DNA of 64,000 nt from assembly GCA_028698585.1 (NCBI GenBank), contig JAQVWG010000003.1:3518-67517 (forward strand), in the 5' to 3' direction. Under the pieces are notes generated by a model that was not told the DNA's origin, ran no database searches, and saw only the letters and a list, made by a program, of their open reading frames with translations. A program made the translations under genes and the position numbers. Every line of letters begins with the position of its first letter. The first letter of the stretch is position 1. Below are positions 37,998-47,488 of the stretch, piece after piece. This stretch comes from Clostridia bacterium (GTDB lineage: Bacteria > Bacillota > Clostridia > Christensenellales > CAG-314).

Positions 37998-38389
37998 ATA
38001 GCGCAATTATGACACTAGACAATCATTAGAAAACCACAGTTAATCTATGAATATCAATATAGATAACAAGAATTAAGGAAACCGACCGTTAATCTATGAA
38101 TAACAATAGTACCCACAAAATAGCGCAAAAATGACACTAGACAATCATTAGGAAACCACAGTTAATCTATGAATATCAATATAGATAACAAGAATTAAGG
38201 AAACCGACCGTTAATCTATGAAAAACAATAGTACCCACAAAATAGCGCAAATATGACACTAGACAATAATTAGGAAACCGACCGTTAATCTATGAATAAC
38301 AATAGTACCTACAAAATAGCGCAAATATGACACTAGACAATCATTAGGAAACCGACCGTTAATCTATGAATAACAATAGTACCCACAAA
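37998..38389 (+). repeat. Tandem array of 4 units (122, 122, 74, 74 bp), each ending with the start codon and first 8 codons of the downstream U32 gene
   Basis: Unit starts (atagcgcaa) are at 37998, 38120, 38242 and 38316. ATGs are at 38096, 38218, 38292 and the real one at 38366. A degenerate older copy lies near 37843-37900. Confidence 0.95.
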
Positions 38390-39610
38390 AGAATAGAATT
38401 ACTTGCTCCCTGTGGCGATTGGGAAAAACTACTTACAGCACTACACTTCGGCGCAGACGCTGTGTACCTCGCCGGTAAACAACTAGGACTGAGGGCATAC
38501 TCTGGCAACTTTACAGATGAGCAGATAGCCTCAGCCTGCACTCTAGCACACTCAATGGGGAGAAGGGTGTATGTAACAGTCAACATTTTTGCCAGAAACA
38601 ATCACTTTGACACACTTGACGCATATTTGACTTATCTGTACAACTGCGGTGTGGACGCCATAATAGTATCTGACGCAGGGATAATTGCACGAGCGCATGA
38701 AGTAGTGCCAAACCTACCCATTCACATGTCTACTCAAGCCAATATCACTAACAGCAGAGCAGTCAATTTCTGGGCATGTCAAGGTGTTACAAGGGTAGTG
38801 CTAGCCAGAGAATTATCGCTGAGTGAGATTGCCGACATCGTTGCTGACAGCAATGCCGAAATTGAGACATTCGTACATGGGGCTATGTGTATGAGTTATT
38901 CGGGCAGATGTCTGCTCTCTAACTACTTTACTGGTCGCAAGAGCAACATGGGCGAGTGCGCACAGCCCTGTCGGTGGGAGTATGCACTCACACAGGCAAC
39001 GGTATATCCAACTGATAAGACTGACCAACCCATGATAGTGGAGGAGGACTGCGAGGGTACTTATCTGTTTAATAGCAGAGACCTCAATATGCTCTCATAT
39101 ATCGATAGACTTATTCAAGCTGGCATAACCTCTCTCAAGATTGAGGGCAGGATGAAGTCGCCATATTACGTAGCTACGGTAGTTAATGCTTATAGAAGGG
39201 CAATTGACAGTTATTACGACAACGATTGCCATTATCGGTTAGACAAGACACTACTAGCAGACCTAGATAAAGCCAGCCACAGACTTTATACTACTGGATT
39301 CTATTTCGACCAGACGGACAGGCAGAATAATGAGAGTTCGAGGGCTGTTGGCGAGAGTACGTTTATTGCTGTGGTGCTGTCATATAATAATGGACAAGCA
39401 ATCGTTGAGATGCGCAACAGGTTCTGCGTGGGGGATAGGTTAGAGATACTGTCCAGCGGTGACAGTTTCAATAAGAGTTTCGTGGTGGATAGCATAACAA
39501 TGCAGGGTATGAGTGTAACTGACGCTAAGGTAGTGCAACAAGAATACTGCATTAACTGTCCATATCCCGTACAGCCGTTAGATATATTGCGTACGGGCAA
39601 TAAGGACTAG
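38366..39610 (+). CDS. Peptidase U32 family protein (YrrO/TrhP-like)
   Basis: 414 aa. N-terminus ELLAPCGDWEKLLTALHFGADAVYLAG, plus the Cys-rich block GAMCMSYSGRCLLS...ECAQPCR typical of the U32 family. Confidence 0.85.
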   Translation: MNNNSTHKRIELLAPCGDWEKLLTALHFGADAVYLAGKQLGLRAYSGNFTDEQIASACTLAHSMGRRVYVTVNIFARNNHFDTLDAYLTYLYNCGVDAIIVSDAGIIARAHEVVPNLPIHMSTQANITNSRAVNFWACQGVTRVVLARELSLSEIADIVADSNAEIETFVHGAMCMSYSGRCLLSNYFTGRKSNMGECAQPCRWEYALTQATVYPTDKTDQPMIVEEDCEGTYLFNSRDLNMLSYIDRLIQAGITSLKIEGRMKSPYYVATVVNAYRRAIDSYYDNDCHYRLDKTLLADLDKASHRLYTTGFYFDQTDRQNNESSRAVGESTFIAVVLSYNNGQAIVEMRNRFCVGDRLEILSSGDSFNKSFVVDSITMQGMSVTDAKVVQQEYCINCPYPVQPLDILRTGNKD

Positions 39611-39775
39611 TCAACGAAATAACTTGTACGCCTGTGGATTAGTTTAACGAGATTTACGAATAGTTATATTGGTACACAGTTGGTACAAATTAAATTATAT
39701 TTTAATTGTGTAGATATACCATAAGCAAATGCCTGATATCAAGGTATTATTTACGCAAACAATGGATAAAAAAAA

Positions 39776-39804
39776 TTGACAACACAACAATAGTGTTGTA
39801 GAAT
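39776..39804 (+). promoter_or_regulatory. Sigma-A-type promoter candidate: TTGACA, 17 nt, TAGAAT
   Basis: Hexamers at 39776-39781 and 39799-39804, 79 nt upstream of 39883. Confidence 0.5.
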
Positions 39805-39882
39805 AACTAATTGGAATACAACAAAGTATTTATCCTGTATTCTAGGTATTAAATACAGGAGATAGGATACTCGGGAGGCAAA

Positions 39883-42345
39883 ATGAAAAAGTTAACTACT
39901 ATATTGCTAGTTATTGTCTTGCTTGCAACCACTCTACTGGGTGTTACGGCATGCGATGGCAGTAAGAATGTGTATAATGTTACTCTAGACTTCAATGGAG
40001 GCACAGATACCGCAGGCAATACAACCAAGGTATTCAAGGATGTCAAGCAGGTTAATGCTGAGGACGTACCAGAGATATCTAGATTCGGCTATACATTCGT
40101 GGGATGGTATTTCTCTAGTTTTATTGACAAGGATGATGTCGATCCAATCACGATGCCATTTATCCCATCTGTTGAGAATCAATACAATTATGTGTTACTC
40201 GCCAAGTGGGAAATGATAGATGGTTATGCCAGTGTGTCCTTTACGGTCAACGGTGGCGAATCCACCAATGGCACGTCATACAGTAGTAAGGTTACTCTTA
40301 TTAGCAGTTTTGATATAGCACAATATACTGGCGAGAATGCACCCAGCAAGACAGGTTATACATTCGACGGGTGGTACACAGACAGCACACTTAATGTCCC
40401 ATACAGCACATCAGTACTTGTTAGTAAGGGTTCTGCAACACTTTATGCCAAGTACACCCCAGTTGATAATATCAAGGTTACCGTCCAGTCACATATAGAA
40501 GATGATGATACAGTGGTAAATGTCGGCACATTCACAGGCACAGTTGGCACAACTCTAGCCGAGCCCGGTATGCCTACAAGGGACGGATATTACTTTGCCG
40601 GTTGGTACGCTGACGCAGAGCTGACAAAAGTGTATACATTCGGCGTGTTCCCGACAACTGACACCACAGTATATATCAAGTGGATTGGCGAAGAAGATTA
40701 TACATCAGGACTTGAGTATGAGTTGAACGGCGACGGCTCAGGATACATCCTTACTGGCCTTGGCGATGTAACGGCTACAACCATATATGTACCATATAAC
40801 TATGCACCAGAAGGTGGTTCAGAGAAACCAGTAGTAGAAGTGAGTGCAACTGCATTTACTAATGAGGACGACAAGGCTGTGGCTAGCACAATCAAAGTGC
40901 TGTATCTGCCTAATACAATTGTCAAAATCAATGCTGGCGCATTCAGTGGAATGAAGTCATTGAACAAGATGAGACTGCCATTTGTGGGCACAGAAGACGG
41001 CGCTAGCGGTATTAACTCGGTGTTCGGAGTGATATTCGGCACCACTCAGTTTGACGGCACAACGGCAATAGCACAGAGATATAATACCGACTCCAATGAT
41101 GTGGTCTGCAATTATATACCATTATCACTGGTATCTGTAGATATAACGAGTCAAACGACCATACCTAACTATGCATTCTATAACTGTGAGGATATAGTCA
41201 ATATTACTCTGTGTAATAATGCTCTCAGTATAGGCACATATGCATTCTGGGAGTGTAGCGCGCTGACATCGTTTAAGATGCCCAGCACTGTTACCACACT
41301 GGGAACACAAGCCTTCAGTGGCTGTACAGCACTCAAGACAGTTACCTTAAGTGACGAGTTAACCAGAATTAATGAGAAAACGTTCTATATGTGTATTGCA
41401 TTGACATCAGTTCAAATGGGCGCCAAAGTGCAGTCTATTGAGAGCGAAGCATTCGCATTCTGCACTGCATTAGTATCAGTTAACTACAACGGCACACCGA
41501 TATTGCAGACCATCAGCCGTAGAGCATTCTATTACTGTAAATTATTGACCACATTTAAGCTAGGTGGATTAACTAGTCTAATATCAATAGGCGATAGTGC
41601 ATTCGAGGAATGCGTTGCATATTACAGTGGTGACAAGCAGGAAATACGCAAACTTCAAACTGTTAACATTACATTACTTCCCGATTCGCTGACTACTATC
41701 GGCAACAGAGCATTCGCTAACTGTGACGCATTATATGCTGTCGAGTTCGTCCATACCAATAGCACCCTAGTATCAATAGGTAATGAAGCATTCTTTAGTT
41801 GTAATAAACTATATAATATCAATCTATCCCAGTTAACTGCTCTGACAACCATAGGCACTAGTGCGTTCAAGGACTGCGTAGCACTATTCGGCACCGACAG
41901 TATTACACTATACGGCGTAGCAACCAAGAGTTTTACCGGTGTGATTCTACCTAACTGTCTAACTAGTGTGGGAAATAACCTGTTTTCCGGTTGTATTGCA
42001 CTTGCTACAGTACAGTTCCAGGCTGGTTCTGTGGGTCTAGCTGTAAGCGATAGCATGTTCTATACATGCACAGTGTTAACTAATGTTGACCTTAATGATG
42101 TTGTAGCAATAGGCGAACATGCATTCTCATCTTGTCCCGCACTTAAGACTCTGGTAGTCCCGACCACCGTGACTACAATGAGTGCTAATGCACTAAAGGG
42201 CGCAATATGTAAGGTATTCTCTGGTGCTACAGCGCAACCTGCAGGGTGGGTTGAAGGCTGGAATGCTGATAATCTTATCGTTTACTGGGCTGATGAATGG
42301 AGCATGGTAGCAGGAGTGCCCACTGTCAACGCAACTGGTGAATAG
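39883..42345 (+). CDS. Surface lipoprotein with Listeria-Bacteroides-type repeats and BspA-type leucine-rich repeats
   Basis: 820 aa with lipobox LLGVTAC. Contains three GYTF.GWY-type repeats (GYTFVGWY, GYTFDGWYTD, GYYFAGWYAD), followed by many units of about 23-25 aa with the form ..I(G)..AF..C..L..V. Confidence 0.8.
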   Translation: MKKLTTILLVIVLLATTLLGVTACDGSKNVYNVTLDFNGGTDTAGNTTKVFKDVKQVNAEDVPEISRFGYTFVGWYFSSFIDKDDVDPITMPFIPSVENQYNYVLLAKWEMIDGYASVSFTVNGGESTNGTSYSSKVTLISSFDIAQYTGENAPSKTGYTFDGWYTDSTLNVPYSTSVLVSKGSATLYAKYTPVDNIKVTVQSHIEDDDTVVNVGTFTGTVGTTLAEPGMPTRDGYYFAGWYADAELTKVYTFGVFPTTDTTVYIKWIGEEDYTSGLEYELNGDGSGYILTGLGDVTATTIYVPYNYAPEGGSEKPVVEVSATAFTNEDDKAVASTIKVLYLPNTIVKINAGAFSGMKSLNKMRLPFVGTEDGASGINSVFGVIFGTTQFDGTTAIAQRYNTDSNDVVCNYIPLSLVSVDITSQTTIPNYAFYNCEDIVNITLCNNALSIGTYAFWECSALTSFKMPSTVTTLGTQAFSGCTALKTVTLSDELTRINEKTFYMCIALTSVQMGAKVQSIESEAFAFCTALVSVNYNGTPILQTISRRAFYYCKLLTTFKLGGLTSLISIGDSAFEECVAYYSGDKQEIRKLQTVNITLLPDSLTTIGNRAFANCDALYAVEFVHTNSTLVSIGNEAFFSCNKLYNINLSQLTALTTIGTSAFKDCVALFGTDSITLYGVATKSFTGVILPNCLTSVGNNLFSGCIALATVQFQAGSVGLAVSDSMFYTCTVLTNVDLNDVVAIGEHAFSSCPALKTLVVPTTVTTMSANALKGAICKVFSGATAQPAGWVEGWNADNLIVYWADEWSMVAGVPTVNATGE

Positions 42346-42394
42346 AATAAGTTATTAATCATTTATTATAAGATTACTAATTAACAGATAGTAA

Positions 42395-42425
42395 GAGAGG
42401 CTCAATGAATTACATTGAGCCTCTC
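42395..42425. terminator. Hairpin (13-bp perfect stem gagaggctcaatg/cattgagcctctc, 5-nt loop) between the LRR gene and rnpB
   Basis: Read from the sequence. Lies 3' of both convergent transcription units. Confidence 0.7.
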
Positions 42426-42432
42426 GCATTGG

Positions 42433-42778
42433 TTGGCAAGTATAGACTATAAGCCGAGTTCTGTATTAAGCAGTCATCTATCTAGACAAATTGTTACCAA
42501 TATGTTCGAGCGAATCTCATCGTGGTCGCCGGGCTAGCGATAATTCCACACTTCTTGCACCGAGTGGGGTTTACATATTACTCTCTGTCGCCAGAGAGTC
42601 TGTGGTCTCTTACACCTCATTTCCACCCTTACAGTTAATATAACTTGCGGTTTATTTCTGTTGCACTGTCCTTGAAGTCGCCTTCACAGGGTATTACCCT
42701 GCACTCTGCCCTTCGGTGCTCGGACTTTCCTCGTGCATGTTATTGCAACGCACGCGACTGCCTGTCTATCTTGCACGA
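42433..42778 (-). ncRNA. rnpB: RNase P RNA, bacterial type A
   Basis: The minus strand reads ..GACAGGCAGUCGCG..GAGGAAAGUCCGAGC..GGGCAGAGUGCAGGGUAAUACCCUG..AGUGCAACAGAAA..GUAAGGGUG..GUAAACCCCAC..AGAUGACUG..ACAGAACUCGGCUUAU, matching the universally conserved CR-I to CR-V blocks. P1 pairs GCAAGAUAGAC with GUCUAUACUUGC. End positions are accurate to about +/-5 nt. Confidence 0.92.
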
Positions 42779-43405
42779 TTACTATAACTCATTATTGAGT
42801 TTTTGTCAAGTAAAATGTGTTAACATAACACTCATTTGCGCCTAGTTGTGCTAAGTGTAGCGTTTGTACTTGAATGAATATGACTTGTGTAAATGAGCTA
42901 ATTGTGATTTATAAGGATAGTTATGTGTTAAATGGTGCTAAATATAGTTTTGACAAGATTGGTCTATCTGCACAGGAAAATGTGTATAGCGAAAATTGCC
43001 GATATGTAAGCATTCGTTCTGCACGCAATGTCATGAATACAGATTATTTACAGTTATATAACCTACTCTTGATTAAGAGCAACGTTGGTCGGTCTGTAAT
43101 TAATTCTAAGGTTCTATCTATGGTATTATGGAGTATCACAGTAGTTGCAGCAGTAGTTGCAGTGGCCAGATACAACTATGCTAATAGATTATTACGACCA
43201 CACATTGCCGACAGTGCAGTAATGTAAATGTGTACTCATTCTCGTTAATATAGTCATCTTATCTATAAGAGTGCACAATGTTACCGTCTATATATTGGTA
43301 TTGTTTATCTATAGTCAAGCAAGGCATGAGTGTGCGATTACGATAGGTGTATCACGCTAAGGATGGTTTACTTATACAATGCACAACATTTACTCACGGT
43401 AAAAA

Positions 43406-44098
43406 TTAAAAATCCTCTTTATTGAGTTTAGCCTTAACCTTGGCGAGTGCTTTGGTCTCTATTCGTGATACGTAACTGCGAGATATACCCAGTTTGCTGG
43501 CTGTCTGTAACTGAGTGAGTGGGGTAACGCCCAGTCCATAGCGATATTTAAGTATACTGTACTCTCGTTTAGTCAGTGTTCGTTTCATTATATCATCTAG
43601 TTTTTTTGACAGAATAGACTGCTCTACTTGTTTAAAAACACTATCTTCTTGTTGTTCCAGCACTTCCATTAGGGTATATGCGTTACCCTCGTCATCGGTG
43701 CCAATGCGATCCTGAAGATATAGGGTGTTGCGATAGCGCTTGTTAGAGCGTAACATCATCAGTATTTCATTCTCAATACAGCGAGCAAGATAGGTGGCAA
43801 GTGCAGTCCCCTTGTCTTGCTGATAACTGCCTATGCCCTTAATCATACCTATGCTACCAACTGACAGTAGGTCATCTAGTTCTGCTGACGCACTGTACTT
43901 CTTAGCTATATGCGCAACTAATCGTAAATTGTGGTTGATGAGCTTCTCTCTAGCTTGTGCATTGCCTTGCTTGGCTAGCGCTAGGTACTTCTGCTCTTGT
44001 TCGTACGGTAACGGCTCAGGATAGGAAGTGTTCTTGGTAAAATATCCACTAAAAAAGAATATTCTGGCGAGCATTGTGAGGAAGTTCATCATAACCAC
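43406..44098 (-). CDS. sigK: Sporulation sigma factor, pro-sigma-K-like
   Basis: 230 aa. A hydrophobic pro-sequence precedes ..KNTSYPEPLPYEQEQKYL. Also HNLRLVAHIAKKY (region 2), CIENEILMMLR, and GISRSYVSRIETKAL (region 4.2). This is closest to my memory of B. subtilis SigK. The gene is uninterrupted. Confidence 0.8.
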   Translation of the reverse strand: MVMMNFLTMLARIFFFSGYFTKNTSYPEPLPYEQEQKYLALAKQGNAQAREKLINHNLRLVAHIAKKYSASAELDDLLSVGSIGMIKGIGSYQQDKGTALATYLARCIENEILMMLRSNKRYRNTLYLQDRIGTDDEGNAYTLMEVLEQQEDSVFKQVEQSILSKKLDDIMKRTLTKREYSILKYRYGLGVTPLTQLQTASKLGISRSYVSRIETKALAKVKAKLNKEDF

Positions 44099-44204
44099 CT
44101 ATATTAGTTGTTAATGTTATGCTATGTAATCTCTGCTTGTACATATTCGCTTGTTATGCATTACATTAGGTAATATTTGGCAATAATAGTAGCGAAGAAT
44201 TATA

Positions 44205-46985
44205 GTGAGGCTATTTATAATGGTAATGCGCCACCTGTATTACAATACCAAATATATTTTGCGACGCAATCACTTCTCGCAGTTAATAGGTAGTTTACCT
44301 GTTACTATGGCGCAACTAGAGAGTGAATTGAACGATATGAACGCGCATAACATGGTCGTTGGCGAAAAACTGGTTGATACTCTCACAACCGAGTTTGCTA
44401 TATCCAATATATCTATTCGTGGAAAGGATAGGCTGAGCGCATATCTAAGAAGCAAAAAGACTTATGTTCAACGTTCATTCTATATAAGCGCAGATAAACT
44501 CAATAACATCTATCTACCCTCTTATGCTCACGCAACGAGACTAGATACTATTATGGATACGGTTATTAAGTGCAGTTGGTCGGCGTTAACCGGCAGCCAA
44601 TATGCACACATCAAATCTTATTGTAGTAAGTTAATGCAGTTGACAACTCAAGAGATAAGATTATTCGATACGGTATACCAGTTATACAGAGTGCAGTTGT
44701 TCGTACTGGCAGTCAAAAAACGCAAAAAGGATAATGAACTGTCGCAACGACTAGCATGTTATCTGTTCGACTATGTGAATAACCTTGAACACCTAGAATA
44801 CGTAGATTCTAACGAATATAACTACCAGTGTGGTAGTAGTGGACAGTTAAATTATGTGGTAGACTGTATGGGCAACAGCAGTGAGTTTTATGGCAACAAG
44901 CCTACGTTCTTGCCGACTGCGCAACTTAATCGTAATGGCGTGTCAGTTGACGTTAGAGATAATAGAGTTATGCCACCATATAGCCAGCATAAGTATGACC
45001 AGTCCACGTATATGTTCAAGCGACAGGCATACGGTTTAACGGACACGCTCAAGTTGAGATATGTGGACAACAGCGTAATCAGGCGGTATACAATAACCAA
45101 CAGCTATCACAAGAGCCGTAAGTTATCAATAGATATCAATTATACACCATACAGTCTAGGGCGATGCATATGTCAACACTTATCAATTAACGGCAGTGAT
45201 ATAATCGAATACACTAATGACAGCATTAGAATGTTCTGCTGTATCACCGTCTTGATAGGGGAAAAAGTCGTACAACCAGCATATCTGCTAGATGATAACG
45301 GCGCATGTTGCAGGCTGACACTTTCGTGCCAATTAAGTATTGCTAAACTGCGCACGCAACGAGTAACCGTTATCATCAACTATGCACAGAGTATTGAGCA
45401 AATAACCCAACACATCAACCAGAATAAATGCCTTGATTATCTGCGTGACAAAGCAATTTTTCCTACACCCATCCAACCCTATTGCAGTACCCAGTTGCGC
45501 GAGTATTGTGCTCAGTACTTATCTGATGCTGTAATCCCGAGCCTACACCAACTCACTAGAACATACCGCTACTACCATGCTCGCCGTCTGCCATTGTTAC
45601 ACTATGATAAGTGCACCTATATAATGGGTGGTGTTGACAGTGCAGTTGATAGCGAGGGTAATATGGCTACGCTTAATGAAGGGTATATAACTAAACTAGG
45701 TGGTGAAAAAGTGTATTTGATTAACGGAAACTGTGCAGTAGATATGACAATGGGCGATTTATCAGTTGACAGCAAGCGAATTATATACACATATAAGCAG
45801 AATAATATTGAGGCACAACTGACCGTGCAAAACAACCAGTCCAAGTCCTATACAGTAACAACTAACGGTCAAGAGGTAATAATTCTGTATTGTTACCATT
45901 TTACTACAAAAGTTCAGTTCTGTTATGCTAATAACACCTTCTTCTGCCTTGACACAGGCTGTCAAATCAAGGTCGACAATGTAATCAACTACTCCAGCAA
46001 CATCTTGGAGTTTGATGATTACACGTTCATGCTCTCATTGTCTAATAATTTGTATTCATCCTGTTTCCTCGCATTTACAGTTAAGGCACAACCTAATGAC
46101 AGTAGTTGTAGTGGCTCGAGCGCAAGCGTGGTAGAATTGTCTGTCAACACCCCGACATACCCTAGCCATAAGGTAATAGATGACTGTCAACTAGCCACAA
46201 GTTTGAATTATTACAGCAACCTTAATCTCTTCCTTTGCCGTCATCACTTGACGCCCTGTGACGCCTATATGCTGGCATCTACTGTTTACACCAATCCTAC
46301 GTATCTACGCTCACAGTTGCATTCAATGGCTCAAAACGCATATTGTGATAACTATGCTTTGCCTTATATTGATAATATAGGGCTAACAAAGTACTCGTTG
46401 GACAATTATCGTTTCGCTCTGTCCGTGATATATTACACTAATGTTACAGGCGATACAGACATAATCGAGCAACCCGATACTCTGGCAGTAGTCAGGCGAC
46501 AACTACTTGCCGAGGTAGATGAGCATGGCAACAAAATGACACAGTTACTGTGTCTGAAAAAAAGTTTTAATCTGTTCGATGATAACGCAGAACTGGTGTG
46601 CAAGTATCAGCACCTGGTGGATAAATTAACGGACGAGGAGTATGAGTACGCCCAACTGATTGGCGCTGTGAGTTGTCGGCTAGATAGTCAACATTTGCTT
46701 GATTTATACAACAAGTACTCGCACCTTATTGATAAGGTATGGTTATACGTCAGCATGCTCGAGAATGTGTATGGCGTGCGCATGGAAAAAGGGTTGATTA
46801 CCATTAAGCCTAACACTAAGCTGTACTTACAACCCTTACACTTTTCTACGCACAGTAAGAGCTTGAATGTGCAGTTCTTACCTAGTGCGAATAGGAGCAC
46901 ACAGATAGGGAACGCCACAGTTATTACTCCCATAGGTGTGTGCGCATTACCACGCAAACATAACTACGCAACCGTATACCACTGA
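44205..46985 (+). CDS. Large hypothetical protein (926 aa), no family recognised
   Basis: Long intact ORF divergent from sigK. Start is uncertain (GTG 44205 or ATG 44307). Cys/Tyr/Asn-rich. Confidence 0.6.
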   Translation: MRLFIMVMRHLYYNTKYILRRNHFSQLIGSLPVTMAQLESELNDMNAHNMVVGEKLVDTLTTEFAISNISIRGKDRLSAYLRSKKTYVQRSFYISADKLNNIYLPSYAHATRLDTIMDTVIKCSWSALTGSQYAHIKSYCSKLMQLTTQEIRLFDTVYQLYRVQLFVLAVKKRKKDNELSQRLACYLFDYVNNLEHLEYVDSNEYNYQCGSSGQLNYVVDCMGNSSEFYGNKPTFLPTAQLNRNGVSVDVRDNRVMPPYSQHKYDQSTYMFKRQAYGLTDTLKLRYVDNSVIRRYTITNSYHKSRKLSIDINYTPYSLGRCICQHLSINGSDIIEYTNDSIRMFCCITVLIGEKVVQPAYLLDDNGACCRLTLSCQLSIAKLRTQRVTVIINYAQSIEQITQHINQNKCLDYLRDKAIFPTPIQPYCSTQLREYCAQYLSDAVIPSLHQLTRTYRYYHARRLPLLHYDKCTYIMGGVDSAVDSEGNMATLNEGYITKLGGEKVYLINGNCAVDMTMGDLSVDSKRIIYTYKQNNIEAQLTVQNNQSKSYTVTTNGQEVIILYCYHFTTKVQFCYANNTFFCLDTGCQIKVDNVINYSSNILEFDDYTFMLSLSNNLYSSCFLAFTVKAQPNDSSCSGSSASVVELSVNTPTYPSHKVIDDCQLATSLNYYSNLNLFLCRHHLTPCDAYMLASTVYTNPTYLRSQLHSMAQNAYCDNYALPYIDNIGLTKYSLDNYRFALSVIYYTNVTGDTDIIEQPDTLAVVRRQLLAEVDEHGNKMTQLLCLKKSFNLFDDNAELVCKYQHLVDKLTDEEYEYAQLIGAVSCRLDSQHLLDLYNKYSHLIDKVWLYVSMLENVYGVRMEKGLITIKPNTKLYLQPLHFSTHSKSLNVQFLPSANRSTQIGNATVITPIGVCALPRKHNYATVYH

Positions 46986-47488
46986 TTGAATTGATTAATA
47001 CGTAATTGCAGTCGCTGTATCATCAATACTAATGAATAATATCTTGTTCTGCTTATTTGGTGCATTAATATGCATGTGCTAACTCAAGCGTGTTAAAAAT
47101 GACTGAATTGCGTCTGCTGATTATCACTTGTTTCTCTGTGTTGTCGTCAAGATATCATATAGTATGATTCATTCATTGTTAATAATATGTATTGTTAAGT
47201 CAGGCATTATCAGGCACTGTCTAATCCGTTCCCTTATAAGGCACAACAATATATCTACATGTAGTCGCCATAAGCAATATCTCGTCCAACTCATTCATTG
47301 AACGTAGATGATGTGCTAGGTCAAGCGTTGCCAAAAAAATGTCTATACTGTTTCCACTATTGATATAAAAATATCTAGGCTGAGTTCTTGCATAAACAAC
47401 GCTATTGTGTTATTATTACATAATAGCGTGTGGTTTATTGCTCATATTTGACGCTTATGTATCACTTACGGTGCAGGAGAATTATCTA

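Noticed and set aside
42645-42845. 66-aa ORF on the + strand.
   Set aside because: It overlaps the RNase P RNA gene on the opposite strand, whose conserved CR blocks are clearly recognisable. I consider it a spurious ORF.
42874-43227. Orphan ORFs in spacers: 42874..43227 (117 aa), 69..290 (73 aa), 12005..12232 (75 aa), 10395..10604.
   Set aside because: They have no RBS, no recognisable motif and odd composition. 42874..43227 has a C-terminal hydrophobic stretch and could be real, but I cannot support it.
43406-44098. A sigK gene interrupted by a skin-like element, which might have explained the phage-like island.
   Set aside because: The sigma gene is a single intact 230-aa ORF with regions 2 to 4.2 contiguous. 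The phage-like cluster lies 13 kb away and has no recombinase.
47073-47345. A possible degenerate duplication upstream of rarA: catgtgctaactcaagcgtgttaaaaatgact versus gatgtgctaggtcaagcgttgccaaaaaaatgtct, about 237 bp apart. A 14-mer caagtgaacaactg also occurs twice, near 12409 and 12456.
   Set aside because: The matches are short and gapped and could arise by chance in A/T-rich DNA. I did not count them among the supported repeat loci.
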